Below the pieces are notes generated by a model, which was not told the DNA's origin, did no database searches, and saw nothing but the letters and a program-made list of their open reading frames with translations. 64,000 bases of DNA from Longimicrobiales bacterium (GTDB lineage Bacteria; Gemmatimonadota; Gemmatimonadetes; Longimicrobiales; Gaopeijiaceae). How positions within the stretch are numbered: the stretch's first letter is position 1; each line of letters starts with the position of its first letter. Position numbers and translations under genes: made by a program. Positions 9,730-19,247 of the stretch are shown in pieces. The DNA is taken from assembly GCA_963664435.2 (NCBI GenBank), contig CAXXKM010000003.1, positions 928,001-992,000 on the forward strand. Reading direction: 5' to 3'.

Positions 9730-10328
9730 CTCAGCTTCGCCCCCTCTTCAGCTTCCCCCTCCTGATCCTCGTTGCCGCCTGTGCCACGGGCGAGGCGCGC
9801 GACGCGGATGGTGCCCAGGCGTCGGATGGCGCGCCGGCGTCGCACGACGCCCATGCCCTGCATGCATCCGGGGACGTGGCGGCCGGCGCTGCAGGCGAGG
9901 CAACCGCGACTCTGGCGGCTTCCCCCGCGCGCACCGGCGCCGATGCCCTGCCCAGGGCGCTCGTCTACAAGACGCCCAGCTGCGGGTGCTGCACCCTGTG
10001 GGTCGATCACATGCGGGAGGCCGGTTTCGAGGTGGACGCGCGCAACCTGAACGACATCATCCCGATCAAGATCGACGCCGGCGTGCCGCCCCGGATGTCG
10101 TCCTGCCACACGACGCTGATCGACGGCTACGTGGTCGAGGGCCACATCCCCGCGGAGCACGTCAAGCGGCTGCTGGAGGAGCGGCCCGACGTCGTGGGCA
10201 TCGCTGTTCCGGGCATGCCGATCGGGTCCCCGGGCATGGAAGGAATCGGTGCGCGTCCCTACCAGGTGCTCTCCTGGGACCGCGCGGGGAACGTCGAGGT
10301 GTACGCGGAGGTGGATCCGCGCCGCTGA
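9726..10328 (+). CDS. DUF411 (CopG-type) metal-binding lipoprotein
   Basis: Lipobox VAAC; YKTPSCGCC, SCHT, EGHIP and GMPIGSPGME motifs. Confidence 0.9.
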   Translation: MTQLRPLFSFPLLILVAACATGEARDADGAQASDGAPASHDAHALHASGDVAAGAAGEATATLAASPARTGADALPRALVYKTPSCGCCTLWVDHMREAGFEVDARNLNDIIPIKIDAGVPPRMSSCHTTLIDGYVVEGHIPAEHVKRLLEERPDVVGIAVPGMPIGSPGMEGIGARPYQVLSWDRAGNVEVYAEVDPRR

Positions 10329-10409
10329 GCGGCATGCGCTCCGTGGACGAGTCCGCGCGCAGATGAGCCCGAACTCATCTCCATCGGCCAGCGCCCTTTT
10401 TTCGCACCC

Positions 10410-10439
10410 TTGACAGCCCCGGACGGGGCATCACATTCT
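10410..10439 (+). promoter_or_regulatory. sigma70-like promoter of the met operon
   Basis: TTGACA at 10410-10415 with CACATT/CATTCT 16-18 nt downstream, just before the riboswitch. Confidence 0.55.
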
Positions 10440-10446
10440 CACACAA

Positions 10447-10566
10447 CTCATCGAGACCGGCCGAGGGACTGGCCCTTTGACGCCGGGGCAACCGGATCGT
10501 TTTCTCTGGAGAACGGTCAGCGGTGCCAACTCCCGCGGGTTCCCGTGATGGAATCCGAGAGATGAG
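10447..10566 (+). ncRNA. SAM-I (S-box) riboswitch
   Basis: P1 CTCATC..GATGAG, GAGGGACTGGCCC, GGCAACC and GGTGCCAACTCC conserved blocks; upstream of metX-metB. Confidence 0.93.
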
Positions 10567-10634
10567 TGCCTCGGTCGGTTCGCCGGCTGGCGCTTCCAGG
10601 GGTTGGCATCGCGCCCAACCTGTGGAGAGCCACG

Positions 10635-11744
10635 ATGCAACCGACCACCTCCCCTCCCCGAGGGTATCCGCTTCCGTACCCGCCTGCCCGCAACGGGAAC
10701 GTTCCGGACCACCGCGAGCCCCCGCGCACCCGCGCCCTGCCGCCCGCCCGCCGCGGAGCGGTCTACATGCGCCCCGGATGGAAGCCGGAGCTTGAGCCAG
10801 GGCTGAACGCCCGCTTCAAGGTCCCCTTCGAGGTCTCGGGACCGGCGGACGCCCCGTTGCTGGTTGTGATGGGCGGGATCTCGGCCGATCGGCACGTCTC
10901 GGTCAACGCCGAAGACCGCTCCGAGGGCTGGTGGCGGAAGATCGTCGGCCCCGGGCTCGCGATCGACTCGCGTGAGTGGCGCATCCTGGGCATCGACTTC
11001 ATCGGCGCGGGTGGCACCATCGAGCCCGCAGGGCGCGACGCGTCCCGCACGCAGTTCCACATCACGCCGGGGGACCAGGCGGACGCGGTGGTGGCCGTCC
11101 TGGACCATCTCGGCGAACCCAGGGTCCATCGGGCCGTGGGGGCTTCCTACGGGGGTAACGCCGCCCTGGCCCTGGGCATTCGGTATCCCCGGCGTGCGGA
11201 AGGGGTCGTCGCCATTGCGGCCGCCCACCGCCCCCACCCCCTCGCGACCGGAGTGCGCAGCGTACAGCGCGCGATCCTCGAGTTCGCACGCGACCACGGC
11301 CGGGAGGCCGACGGCGTGGCCATGGCGAGGGCGCTGGCCTTCACCACCTACAAGACCGACGCGGGGCTGGACGCGCGCTTGGCCTTCGAGGCCGACCTGT
11401 CGAGCGGCAAGCCGGTCTACCCGGTGGACCGCTACCTGTGGAAGCGCGGACGGGCGTTCGCCGGGCGGTTCGATGCGAGAACCTACCTGACGCTGTGCGC
11501 CTCGATCGATCTGTGCGACCTGCGGCCCGAGGAGCTGACGGTCCCCTCCTGGCTGATCGCCTGGGAAGAGGACAGGTCGGTGCCGCTCTGGCTGGTCGAG
11601 GAGATGCATCGCCGGGCGGGGGCCCGCTCGCGCCTTCGGGTGCTCCACTCCGACGGCGGCCACGACGCGTTTCTCCTTCACGCACGCGAGTACAAGGCCG
11701 CTCTGCGGGAGAGCCTCGGGCTCTCCGTCGGCCAGGAGGTATGA
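10635..11744 (+). CDS. metX: homoserine O-acyltransferase (MetX family)
   Basis: GGISA, GWW..VGPG, GASYGG nucleophile and GHDAFL; SD GGAGAG. Confidence 0.85.
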   Translation: MQPTTSPPRGYPLPYPPARNGNVPDHREPPRTRALPPARRGAVYMRPGWKPELEPGLNARFKVPFEVSGPADAPLLVVMGGISADRHVSVNAEDRSEGWWRKIVGPGLAIDSREWRILGIDFIGAGGTIEPAGRDASRTQFHITPGDQADAVVAVLDHLGEPRVHRAVGASYGGNAALALGIRYPRRAEGVVAIAAAHRPHPLATGVRSVQRAILEFARDHGREADGVAMARALAFTTYKTDAGLDARLAFEADLSSGKPVYPVDRYLWKRGRAFAGRFDARTYLTLCASIDLCDLRPEELTVPSWLIAWEEDRSVPLWLVEEMHRRAGARSRLRVLHSDGGHDAFLLHAREYKAALRESLGLSVGQEV

Positions 11745-13084
11745 CTGCAATGAACGGGAACTGTACGAGACACCACACGGATCACGAGGGCGGGGACAGG
11801 ACGACCCGGCTGCTGGACGAAGCAGCGAACCCGCACCCTGCCCCCGCCACCAGGGCTGTCCAGGCCGGGCTCGCCGCCGATCCCGCCTATGGCGCGGTGA
11901 TGCCCCCGCTCTACCTGTCCAGCAACTTCCGCTTTCCGGGACTGGATGAACCTCCCGCATACGACTATACCCGGTCCGGCAACCCCACCCGCGAACTCCT
12001 CACCAACGCGCTGGCACAGCTGGAAGGCGGAGCGGGCGCCGTCGCGACTTCGTCGGGGATGTCCGCGGTGGGCGTCGTCCTCAACCTGGTTCGCGCCGAC
12101 GACCTGGTGCTGGCGCCGCACGACTGCTACGGGGGCACGCACCGGCTGCTGGTGGGCCTCGAGCGCCAGGGGCGGCTGCGCGTGCGCTTCGTGGACTTCA
12201 CCGACCCGGCCTCGCTCTCGGCCGGGCTGGAGCAGGAGCCGCGCATGATCTGGGTCGAGACGCCCAGCAACCCGTTGCTCCGCATCACCGACCTGGCCGC
12301 GGTGGCGCGCGCGGCCCGGCGCGTCGGAGCGATCGCCGTCGCCGACAACACCTTCCTTTCACCCGCCCTTCAGCGGCCCATCGACTTCGGCTTCGACCTT
12401 GTGGTTCATTCCACCACCAAGTTCATCAACGGGCACAGCGATGTGGTCGGCGGAGCGGTAATCGCGGCCGGCGACGACCTGTTCGAGGAGATCGCATGGT
12501 GGACCAACGCCACCGGCGCGGCCCAGAGCCCCTTCGACAGCTACCTGGCGCTGCGCGGCGTGCGCACGCTGTTCGCACGCACCCGCATCCACGAGGAGAA
12601 CACGCGCGCGGTGGTCGGCCTGCTCGCGGAGTCTCCCGCGGTCGCCCGGGTGCACTACCCGGGGCTACCGACGCACCCCGGGCATGAGCTCGCCCGGCGC
12701 CAGCAGTCCGGACACGGCAGCCTGTTCAGCTTCGACCTGGAGGGCGGGCGGCCCGCGGCGGAGAAGCTCCTGTCACGGCTCAGGCTCTTCACGCTGGCGG
12801 AGTCACTGGGCGGCGTGGAAAGCCTCATCTGCCACCCGGCCAGCATGACCCACGCGGCCATGGACGAGGCCGCCCAGGCCGTCGCGGGGATCGGCAAGGG
12901 CCTCCTGCGCGTTTCCGTCGGCATCGAGTCGGCCGACGACCTTGTCGCCGATCTGGAGCAGGCGCTGTCCGCCTGTCACGCCGCCGCGGCGCAGTGTGGC
13001 GCCGATGACGCCGATGTCGTGCGCCTCGGGTCGGCTGCCGCGGAGCCCGATCGCCGGCGAGCGAGGATCGCGGGGATCGGCTGA
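11741..13084 (+). CDS. metB: cystathionine gamma-synthase
   Basis: YDYTRSGNPTR, ETPSNP, DNTF, HSTTKFINGHSD (PLP lysine), AESLGGVESL; AGGAGGT SD; ATGA overlap. Confidence 0.9.
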   Translation: MTAMNGNCTRHHTDHEGGDRTTRLLDEAANPHPAPATRAVQAGLAADPAYGAVMPPLYLSSNFRFPGLDEPPAYDYTRSGNPTRELLTNALAQLEGGAGAVATSSGMSAVGVVLNLVRADDLVLAPHDCYGGTHRLLVGLERQGRLRVRFVDFTDPASLSAGLEQEPRMIWVETPSNPLLRITDLAAVARAARRVGAIAVADNTFLSPALQRPIDFGFDLVVHSTTKFINGHSDVVGGAVIAAGDDLFEEIAWWTNATGAAQSPFDSYLALRGVRTLFARTRIHEENTRAVVGLLAESPAVARVHYPGLPTHPGHELARRQQSGHGSLFSFDLEGGRPAAEKLLSRLRLFTLAESLGGVESLICHPASMTHAAMDEAAQAVAGIGKGLLRVSVGIESADDLVADLEQALSACHAAAAQCGADDADVVRLGSAAAEPDRRRARIAGIG

Positions 13085-13117
13085 CAGGCCGGAGTCCGGG
13101 ATGCGCAGCGATCCAAT

Positions 13118-13184
13118 CTACGAAGATCCTCGTTGACATCCGGTGAACCACTCGCTACACTTCCGACTACGAAGACCTTCGTGA
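13118..13184 (+). promoter_or_regulatory. blaI promoter flanked by two palindromic operators
   Basis: TTGACA (13133), 17-nt spacer, TACACT (13156). Operators CTACGAAGATCCTCGTTG (13118) and CTACGAAGACCTTCGTGA (13167). Confidence 0.7.
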
Positions 13185-13252
13185 AGCGGGGCGCCGGAGA
13201 ATTGGCGCCCCAAGGCATGACTCGTTCAATCCAACGTCTCGCAAGGTTCTAA

Positions 13253-13690
13253 ATGGACGACAAGGCGCAGGAATCGCACCGAAGCGCGCGCGAGTCAGCC
13301 GAAGCGGCGCGGGAACCGAATCGATTCACGCACCGCGAACTGGACATCATGAGCGTCCTCTGGCGCGAAGGCTCGGGGACGGTGGCGGAGGTCCGGGACG
13401 TTCTCGGGGAGGACGTCGGCTATACCACCGTCCTCAAGATGCTGCAGATCCTGGAGGGCAAGAACGCGGTTCGCCATGAGAAGGAGGGCCGGGCCCACCG
13501 CTACTTCCCCCTGGTCGAGTCCGCTGCCGCCGGCGGCAGCGCCCTGCGGCGCGTCATGAACAAGATCTTCCACGGTTCCGCGGAACTGCTCCTCGCGACG
13601 CTGGTCGAGAACCGGAAATTCACCGAAGAGGAGATCGCGCGCATGCGTTCGATCCTGGACCGTGCCCAGGAGAAGGAGGAAGACCGATGA
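13253..13690 (+). CDS. BlaI/MecI/CopY family repressor
   Basis: RELDIMSVLW..GTVAEV..YTTVLKML..LEGK..EGRAHRYFPL. Confidence 0.92.
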   Translation: MDDKAQESHRSARESAEAAREPNRFTHRELDIMSVLWREGSGTVAEVRDVLGEDVGYTTVLKMLQILEGKNAVRHEKEGRAHRYFPLVESAAAGGSALRRVMNKIFHGSAELLLATLVENRKFTEEEIARMRSILDRAQEKEEDR

Positions 13691-15093
13691 TCATCTGGAT
13701 GACATATGCCGCGGTGATCGGGGGTCTGCTGGCGGCCGGGGGGTGGGCCTGCGAGCGCCTGTGTGAGACCATGGGCTGGCCGCGGCGCTTTCCATGGCTG
13801 GTTGCTCTCACGCTGGCGGTGGTGATCCCGCTCTCCGCGAGGCCGCCGGCGGCGATTCCGGAGGTTCCCGCGAACGCCTCGCCCGCCAACGAACAAGTCA
13901 TCGAAGCCGTGCAGAATCCGGTTGCGTCGGTCCCCGGCCAGATGCTCGACCGCATGGCGGCGATTGGATGGGGCGCCGCGTCCCTGGCCACGCTTGCCGT
14001 CTTCGGCGCGATCCTGGGCCTCATGGTCCGCTCGCGCCGCCGATGGCCCCGGCGGTCGGTGGACGGCGAAGACGTCTACGTCTCCGAGGGCTTCGGCCCG
14101 GCGCTGATCGGCGTGGCGCGGCCCTCCGTGGTCATCCCCGAATGGCTGTTCTGCGCGAGCGAGCGGGCCGGGAGCGTCGCGATCCGGCATGAACGTGAGC
14201 ACGCCCGCGCACACGACCACCTGACCCTCCTCTACGGCGCGATGATCGCCGCGCTCTTCCCCTGGAGCCCGGCGGTCTGGTGGATGGTCCGCAACCTGCG
14301 CGGCGCGGTGGAAATCGATTGCGACCGGCGCGTCATTGCCTCCGGAGTCCCGGCGGACGACTACGGCAAGCTGCTGCTCGCCATCGGGGTGGGACAGCAC
14401 CGGCGGTGGGTGCTCACACCCGCCCTCGTCGAATCCAGACATTCCCTCGAACGGAGACTGAAGGTCATGGCAGCGAAGAAGATGAAGTGGAGCCCGCTGC
14501 GCGCGGTGACGCTGGCCGGTCTGACCCTGGCGGCCGTGGTCATCGCCTGTGATACCAACGCCCCCACCGCCATCGACGATGCGCTCCTCGACGTGCTGTC
14601 GAACCCGGAGGCCGAGGCCAGCGCGGACGGCTCGCTTACGCCGCGTGCCCTGGCCCAGCGGCTCGAGGTCGAGCGGCAGCTCAAGGCCGAGCGGCAGGCC
14701 GGGCGGCTCAGGCCGCTGATCTTCATCGACGGCGTGGAAGCGACGGATTCGGACGGCCCGCTCGAGGCCGGCACCTACTCGGTCAGGACCAGCGGCGGCG
14801 TCCTGTACTCGCCACTGAGTTCCCTGAACCCCGACGACATCGACCGGATCGAGATCATCAAGGGAAAGGCCGCAGCCGGTTTGTTCGGCGAACGCGCCGA
14901 GAACGGCGTTATCCAGATCTTTACGATCGAGCGCGAGGCGACTGAACCTGAGACGCCGTCGGCGAAGGATGTGCCGCCGTCTGGCGACGCCGGCGCCACC
15001 CGGCAGACCAAGCCGATTGAAATCGCCTACTACGTCCAGTTGGGAGCTCCCGCCTTTGTCATGACCACAAAGGAGCTATCGCTCGCCCCTTAG
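13687..15093 (+). CDS. M56 (BlaR1-like) metallopeptidase with C-terminal TonB-plug-like domain
   Basis: GPALIG, HEREH, EIDCDRRV; C-terminal PLIFIDG..LNPDDIDRIEIIKG..GVIQIFT. Confidence 0.88.
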   Translation: MIIWMTYAAVIGGLLAAGGWACERLCETMGWPRRFPWLVALTLAVVIPLSARPPAAIPEVPANASPANEQVIEAVQNPVASVPGQMLDRMAAIGWGAASLATLAVFGAILGLMVRSRRRWPRRSVDGEDVYVSEGFGPALIGVARPSVVIPEWLFCASERAGSVAIRHEREHARAHDHLTLLYGAMIAALFPWSPAVWWMVRNLRGAVEIDCDRRVIASGVPADDYGKLLLAIGVGQHRRWVLTPALVESRHSLERRLKVMAAKKMKWSPLRAVTLAGLTLAAVVIACDTNAPTAIDDALLDVLSNPEAEASADGSLTPRALAQRLEVERQLKAERQAGRLRPLIFIDGVEATDSDGPLEAGTYSVRTSGGVLYSPLSSLNPDDIDRIEIIKGKAAAGLFGERAENGVIQIFTIEREATEPETPSAKDVPPSGDAGATRQTKPIEIAYYVQLGAPAFVMTTKELSLAP

Positions 15094-15289
15094 TCTTCCA
15101 TCCGTCCCGCGTGAACGGCACGGCTGGCCCTGCTTGCCTTCTCGATTCAGAGGTGCGGCATCGCCAGCGGAGTCAGGGGGGGCTATTGTTGGCCTCTCGG
15201 CTCGTCATCGCTGTGAGGCAACGCCGACGATGGGTGTTCACGCCCGCCCTCATCAAATCCAGACATTCCCTCCAACGGAGACCGAGGTC

Positions 15290-15703
15290 ATGGCTGCAAC
15301 GAAGATGAAATGGACCCCGCTACGCGCGCTCGCGCTGGCCGGTCTGACCCTGGCGGCGGCGGTGACCGCCTGCGATTCCGATACACCCACCGCCATCGAC
15401 GATGCGCTCCTCGACGTGCTGGCCAACCCGGAAGCGGCGGCCAACGCAGACGGATCCGGCAACCCGGTCTCGGAAGCACTGCAAATCGGGGGCAACCTCG
15501 GATACGGCGTGGCCCCGCTGGTCTTCGTCGACGGTGTCGAGTTCGAGGGGGGCAGCGGGTCGCTCAGCTCCCTGGATCCCGACGACATCGAGCGCATCGA
15601 GGTCATCAAGGGAGCGGCGGCCGCGGATCTGTACGGCGAGCGCGCCGAGAACGGCGTCATCCAGATCTTTACGAAGGAATCTGACGCGTCTTCGAACCCG
15701 TAG
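15290..15703 (+). CDS. stand-alone lipoprotein with TonB-plug-like domain, derived from a partial duplication of the M56 gene
   Basis: Closely matches the M56 gene from 14467 onward; lipobox AVTAC; PLVFVDG..IERIEVIKG. Confidence 0.7.
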   Translation: MAATKMKWTPLRALALAGLTLAAAVTACDSDTPTAIDDALLDVLANPEAAANADGSGNPVSEALQIGGNLGYGVAPLVFVDGVEFEGGSGSLSSLDPDDIERIEVIKGAAAADLYGERAENGVIQIFTKESDASSNP

Positions 15704-15715
15704 CCGTCGTCCCTC

Positions 15716-17776
15716 CTACCTGTCCTGCGTGACCGGCGCCTTGTGCGTCCCCCACTTCTCGAACCACTTGCGCAGGTATAGCTGGGTGCGCAGGAAGTTG
15801 GAGGGCCGCGAGCTGGTCCCGTGCCACTCCTCCTGGAAGCGGATCATCACGGTGGGCACGCCCTCGTACTGCAGCGCCTGGTAGAACTCCTCGGTCTGGC
15901 CCATCGGGGTGCGCAGGTCCATCTCCCCGGTCAGCAGCATGGTCGGGGTGGTCACGTTGCCGACATAGAAGATGGATGAGCGGTCGATCCACTCCGCCGG
16001 ATCCTCCCAGAAGGGCTTCTCGAAGGTGCGCGTGTAGCTGATGGCGTCCGAGGTGCCCATCGCCGACATCCAGTTGACGATGGGACAGTTGGCGGACGCG
16101 GCGGTAAAGCGGTCGGTGTTGCCCACGATGTAGCTGGTGAGGATGCCGCCGCCCGAGCAGCCGTAGACGAAGAGGTTTTCCTCGTCGACGTAGCCGCGCC
16201 CGAGCATCTCGTCGACACCGGCCATCAGGTCCGGGAAGTCGGCGCCGGGATAGTCGTGGTTGATGGCGTTGGCGAACTCGGTGCCGTAGCCGGTGCTGCC
16301 GCGCGGGTTGGTGTAGAGCACCACGTAGTCGTTGGCGGCGTGTTCCTGGAAGGCGAAGTTGAAGCCGCCGTTGTACATGCTGTGCGGGCCGCCGTGGATG
16401 ACGAGCATCATCGGGTAGATGCGGGACGGGTCGAAGTCCGGCGGCTTCACGATCCAGCCCTGGATGCGGAAGCCGTCCTCCGAGTCGTACCAGATCTCCT
16501 CCACTTCACCCAGTTCGACGTACGCCAGCACGTCGGCGTTCACATCGGTGAGGCGGCGGGTGTCGTCCGGGCTGTCGAGGTCGAAGCGGTAGACGTCGCC
16601 CGGGTCGTGGGCGCTCGAGATGACCCCGACGCCCACGCCGTCGTCCGAGAACGACGACAGGCCGAACAGGTGCTCGCCCGAGGTGAGCTGCGTCACCCCG
16701 CCATCCACGGATACGAAGTGGAGCTGCGCGTATCCGTCGCGCCGCACGTTGAAGTAGAGCCCGCTGCCGTCGCTCGCCCACATCATGCCTCCGGCCTGGC
16801 GGTCGTAGTCCCCGGAGATGACGCGCGAGCCGGAGCCGTCCCGGTTCATCAGGTGGATCTTCTGGTTGCGGTAGGTGTCGCGGTGGGCGTCGATCCCGGT
16901 ATAGGCGATGAGCGAGCCGTCGGGTGACGGAACCGGGCCGCCGTCGGGGCCCCGCCTGTCGGTCAGCCGCCGAATGTCGCCGCTCGCCACCGAGACCGCG
17001 TAGATCTCGGACTCCTGCCAGTGCTCCGGGCGGTCCCAGTCGTCCTCCCGATATGACGTGAAGTAGATCTCGCTGCCGTCGGGGCTCCACTGGATGCCGG
17101 AGTGGTTCCAGTCGCCGTCGGTCAGCCGGCGCGCGGTGCCCCCCTCGGCGGGAACCACGAAGACGTGGGTCCAGCCGGTGTCGACGTATCCCTGCCGGTC
17201 GCGCCTGTAGCCGGCCCGTTCCACCACCTTGGGCTCGCGCACCCACTGGGCGCCCTCCGGTCGGCGCGGCAGCTGCACGCCCGCGAAGTCGGCCCGGTCG
17301 GCCACCCGGCTGGTGAAGGCGATCCACTCGCCGTCGGGGGACCACCGCGCCCCCGACGGCCCGTTCTCCAGGCGCGTGATCTGGCTGACCGCGCCCTCGT
17401 CGTCCATCCAGCGGACGAAGAGCTGGGAGCCGCTGGGCTCGCCGCGCGCGCTGAAGAGGATGCGCGTGCCGTCCGGCGACCAGCGGGCCCCGCTGCCGTC
17501 GATGAGATGCCGGGAGCGGGAGCCGTCGGCGTTCATGATCCAGAGCGACGATTCGCGGCGGTCGGCCTGCTTGTCGACCCAGCCGCGCGTGTACACGATG
17601 CGCTCCCCGTCCGGGGAGATGCGCGGATCGGACACGCTCTCCATGTCCAGGTAGTGCGTGAGCGAGAGCCGATCCTGGGCGGCTGCGGGCGTGGCGACCG
17701 AGAAGATCGCGAGGACCGCCAAGGCGATGGCCAACCGGGCTACGGTGCATGAACGTCTCATCAGATGCTCCTCCAC
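15716..17776 (-). CDS. S9 family peptidase
   Basis: Signal peptide, WSPDG repeats, HGGPH, GCSGGG, DLRTP and EWHG. Confidence 0.92.
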   Translation of the reverse strand: MEEHLMRRSCTVARLAIALAVLAIFSVATPAAAQDRLSLTHYLDMESVSDPRISPDGERIVYTRGWVDKQADRRESSLWIMNADGSRSRHLIDGSGARWSPDGTRILFSARGEPSGSQLFVRWMDDEGAVSQITRLENGPSGARWSPDGEWIAFTSRVADRADFAGVQLPRRPEGAQWVREPKVVERAGYRRDRQGYVDTGWTHVFVVPAEGGTARRLTDGDWNHSGIQWSPDGSEIYFTSYREDDWDRPEHWQESEIYAVSVASGDIRRLTDRRGPDGGPVPSPDGSLIAYTGIDAHRDTYRNQKIHLMNRDGSGSRVISGDYDRQAGGMMWASDGSGLYFNVRRDGYAQLHFVSVDGGVTQLTSGEHLFGLSSFSDDGVGVGVISSAHDPGDVYRFDLDSPDDTRRLTDVNADVLAYVELGEVEEIWYDSEDGFRIQGWIVKPPDFDPSRIYPMMLVIHGGPHSMYNGGFNFAFQEHAANDYVVLYTNPRGSTGYGTEFANAINHDYPGADFPDLMAGVDEMLGRGYVDEENLFVYGCSGGGILTSYIVGNTDRFTAASANCPIVNWMSAMGTSDAISYTRTFEKPFWEDPAEWIDRSSIFYVGNVTTPTMLLTGEMDLRTPMGQTEEFYQALQYEGVPTVMIRFQEEWHGTSSRPSNFLRTQLYLRKWFEKWGTHKAPVTQDR

Positions 17777-17872
17777 TTCCGTTTACTCACTTCCCGGCAC
17801 CGGAATACTCAGCATGTCGAGTGATTCGTAGTGTTGGGTAACTCATCGCAGATACTTGCTCTGTCCATTACA

Positions 17873-19051
17873 TCAGCCCGGCCGCGGGAGCCGCGGTGAC
17901 GCCGGCCCCTGCCCCGACCGTGACGCCGGCCCCTGCCCCGATTCTCCGTGGATGATCAGCTCCCGCTTCGGATACGGGATTTCCACACCGGCGTCGGCGA
18001 AGGCTGCGACCGCCCTCCCCGTGATCTCGTCGGCAATCCGGCGGCGGTTGCGGGCCTCCAGGATCCAGACGCGCAGCTGGATCTGGACATCGGAGGGCCC
18101 GAAGCCGCGCACGATGACGAGGGGCTCGGGCGAAAGCTTGACCCCCTCCACCTTCTTCGCGGCGTCAATCAGCAGCACCTTGGCGCGGTCGATGTCGGAC
18201 TCGTACGCCACCGAGAAGGGAATGCGCAGGCGAATGTCCTCGCCCGACATCGTGTAGTTGATGATGTCGCGCACCATGATCTGGCTGTTGGGCACGACGA
18301 TCACCAGGTTGTCCGGGTTGCGGATCTTGGTGGCGCGCAGGCCGATCTCGATCACGTCGCCCCAGGTGCCGGTCTCGTTGGGCGCGCTCCAGAGCTCGAT
18401 GCGGTCCCCGACCTTGAAGGGCCGGTCCATGATCAGCAGCACGCCGGCGATCAGATTCGACAGCGTGTCCTTGGCCGCCAGGGAGAGCGCCAGACCCATG
18501 ACCCCGGCGCCGGCCAGCAGCGGGGCGATGTTCAGCCCCAGCAGGTCCAGGGCCAGCACGGCTCCGAGCGCCAGGATGATGAAGCGGACGGTGCGGTTGA
18601 TGAGGGGAAACGCCGTCTCGTCGAGCGTGGTTTCACCCTTGGCGATGACCCGCTCCTCGACCACGTCGAGGATGTCGCCGATGAAGCGGCTGAGCGGAAG
18701 AAACAGAAGCCCGACCCAGATCGCGAGCACCCAGTTCGCGGCCAGCGGCGCGTCCCCGGTCGCGTTGGGGATGGACCAGACCTGGATGATCCGCCAGGCG
18801 GCCCACGCGACGATCGAGAACAGCCCGGCGCTCAGCAGGAACTCGACGAAGTGGTCGTCGAGCCGGGTCTCGGTGCGCGTCACCCATCGCTTCTTCGCGC
18901 GGCCGAGAATCCAGCGGACAATGAAGTAAACGACCGTAGCCAGGACGATCGTCGCGACGGTGGGCATCCAGCGTGGAGCCGCGAAGGCGAGCGCGGCCCG
19001 CCACGCCGCGCCGATGTCGATGGAACCGAAGTTGAACCCCAGGAATTCCAA
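17873..19051 (-). CDS. MscS family mechanosensitive channel
   Basis: LAAKDTLSNLIAG, DRPFKVGDRI, IGLRATKIR, VPNS and GVEIPYP. Confidence 0.92.
   Translation of the reverse strand: MEFLGFNFGSIDIGAAWRAALAFAAPRWMPTVATIVLATVVYFIVRWILGRAKKRWVTRTETRLDDHFVEFLLSAGLFSIVAWAAWRIIQVWSIPNATGDAPLAANWVLAIWVGLLFLPLSRFIGDILDVVEERVIAKGETTLDETAFPLINRTVRFIILALGAVLALDLLGLNIAPLLAGAGVMGLALSLAAKDTLSNLIAGVLLIMDRPFKVGDRIELWSAPNETGTWGDVIEIGLRATKIRNPDNLVIVVPNSQIMVRDIINYTMSGEDIRLRIPFSVAYESDIDRAKVLLIDAAKKVEGVKLSPEPLVIVRGFGPSDVQIQLRVWILEARNRRRIADEITGRAVAAFADAGVEIPYPKRELIIHGESGQGPASRSGQGPASPRLPRPG
17896..17941. repeat. 24-bp tandem duplication in the mscS 3' end
   Basis: GTGACGCCGGCCCCTGCCCCGA at 17896 and 17920; encodes SGQGPAS twice. 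Confidence 0.85.
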
Positions 19052-19247
19052 ACCCGCCTCGCTCCGTGAAGAATCGGGTATGACCGACCCGTGAAGGGCC
19101 TAGCCTAATCGTTAGGTCGCTCGTATATCAACCGAACCGCCGGATCCCGGTCCCGGTCGTCCGCCCCGCATGCAACTCAAGTTCGCGGAACATAACCGGC
19201 AACCCCGGGCGGGACACCGGCGAAACGGGACTCCCCTTCCGGAGAAC

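Noticed and set aside
8225..15093. Beta-lactam resistance locus (serine hydrolase plus BlaI/M56)
   Set aside because: The genes are not adjacent, the M56 protein has no penicillin-binding sensor domain, and these hydrolase families are mostly peptidases or esterases.
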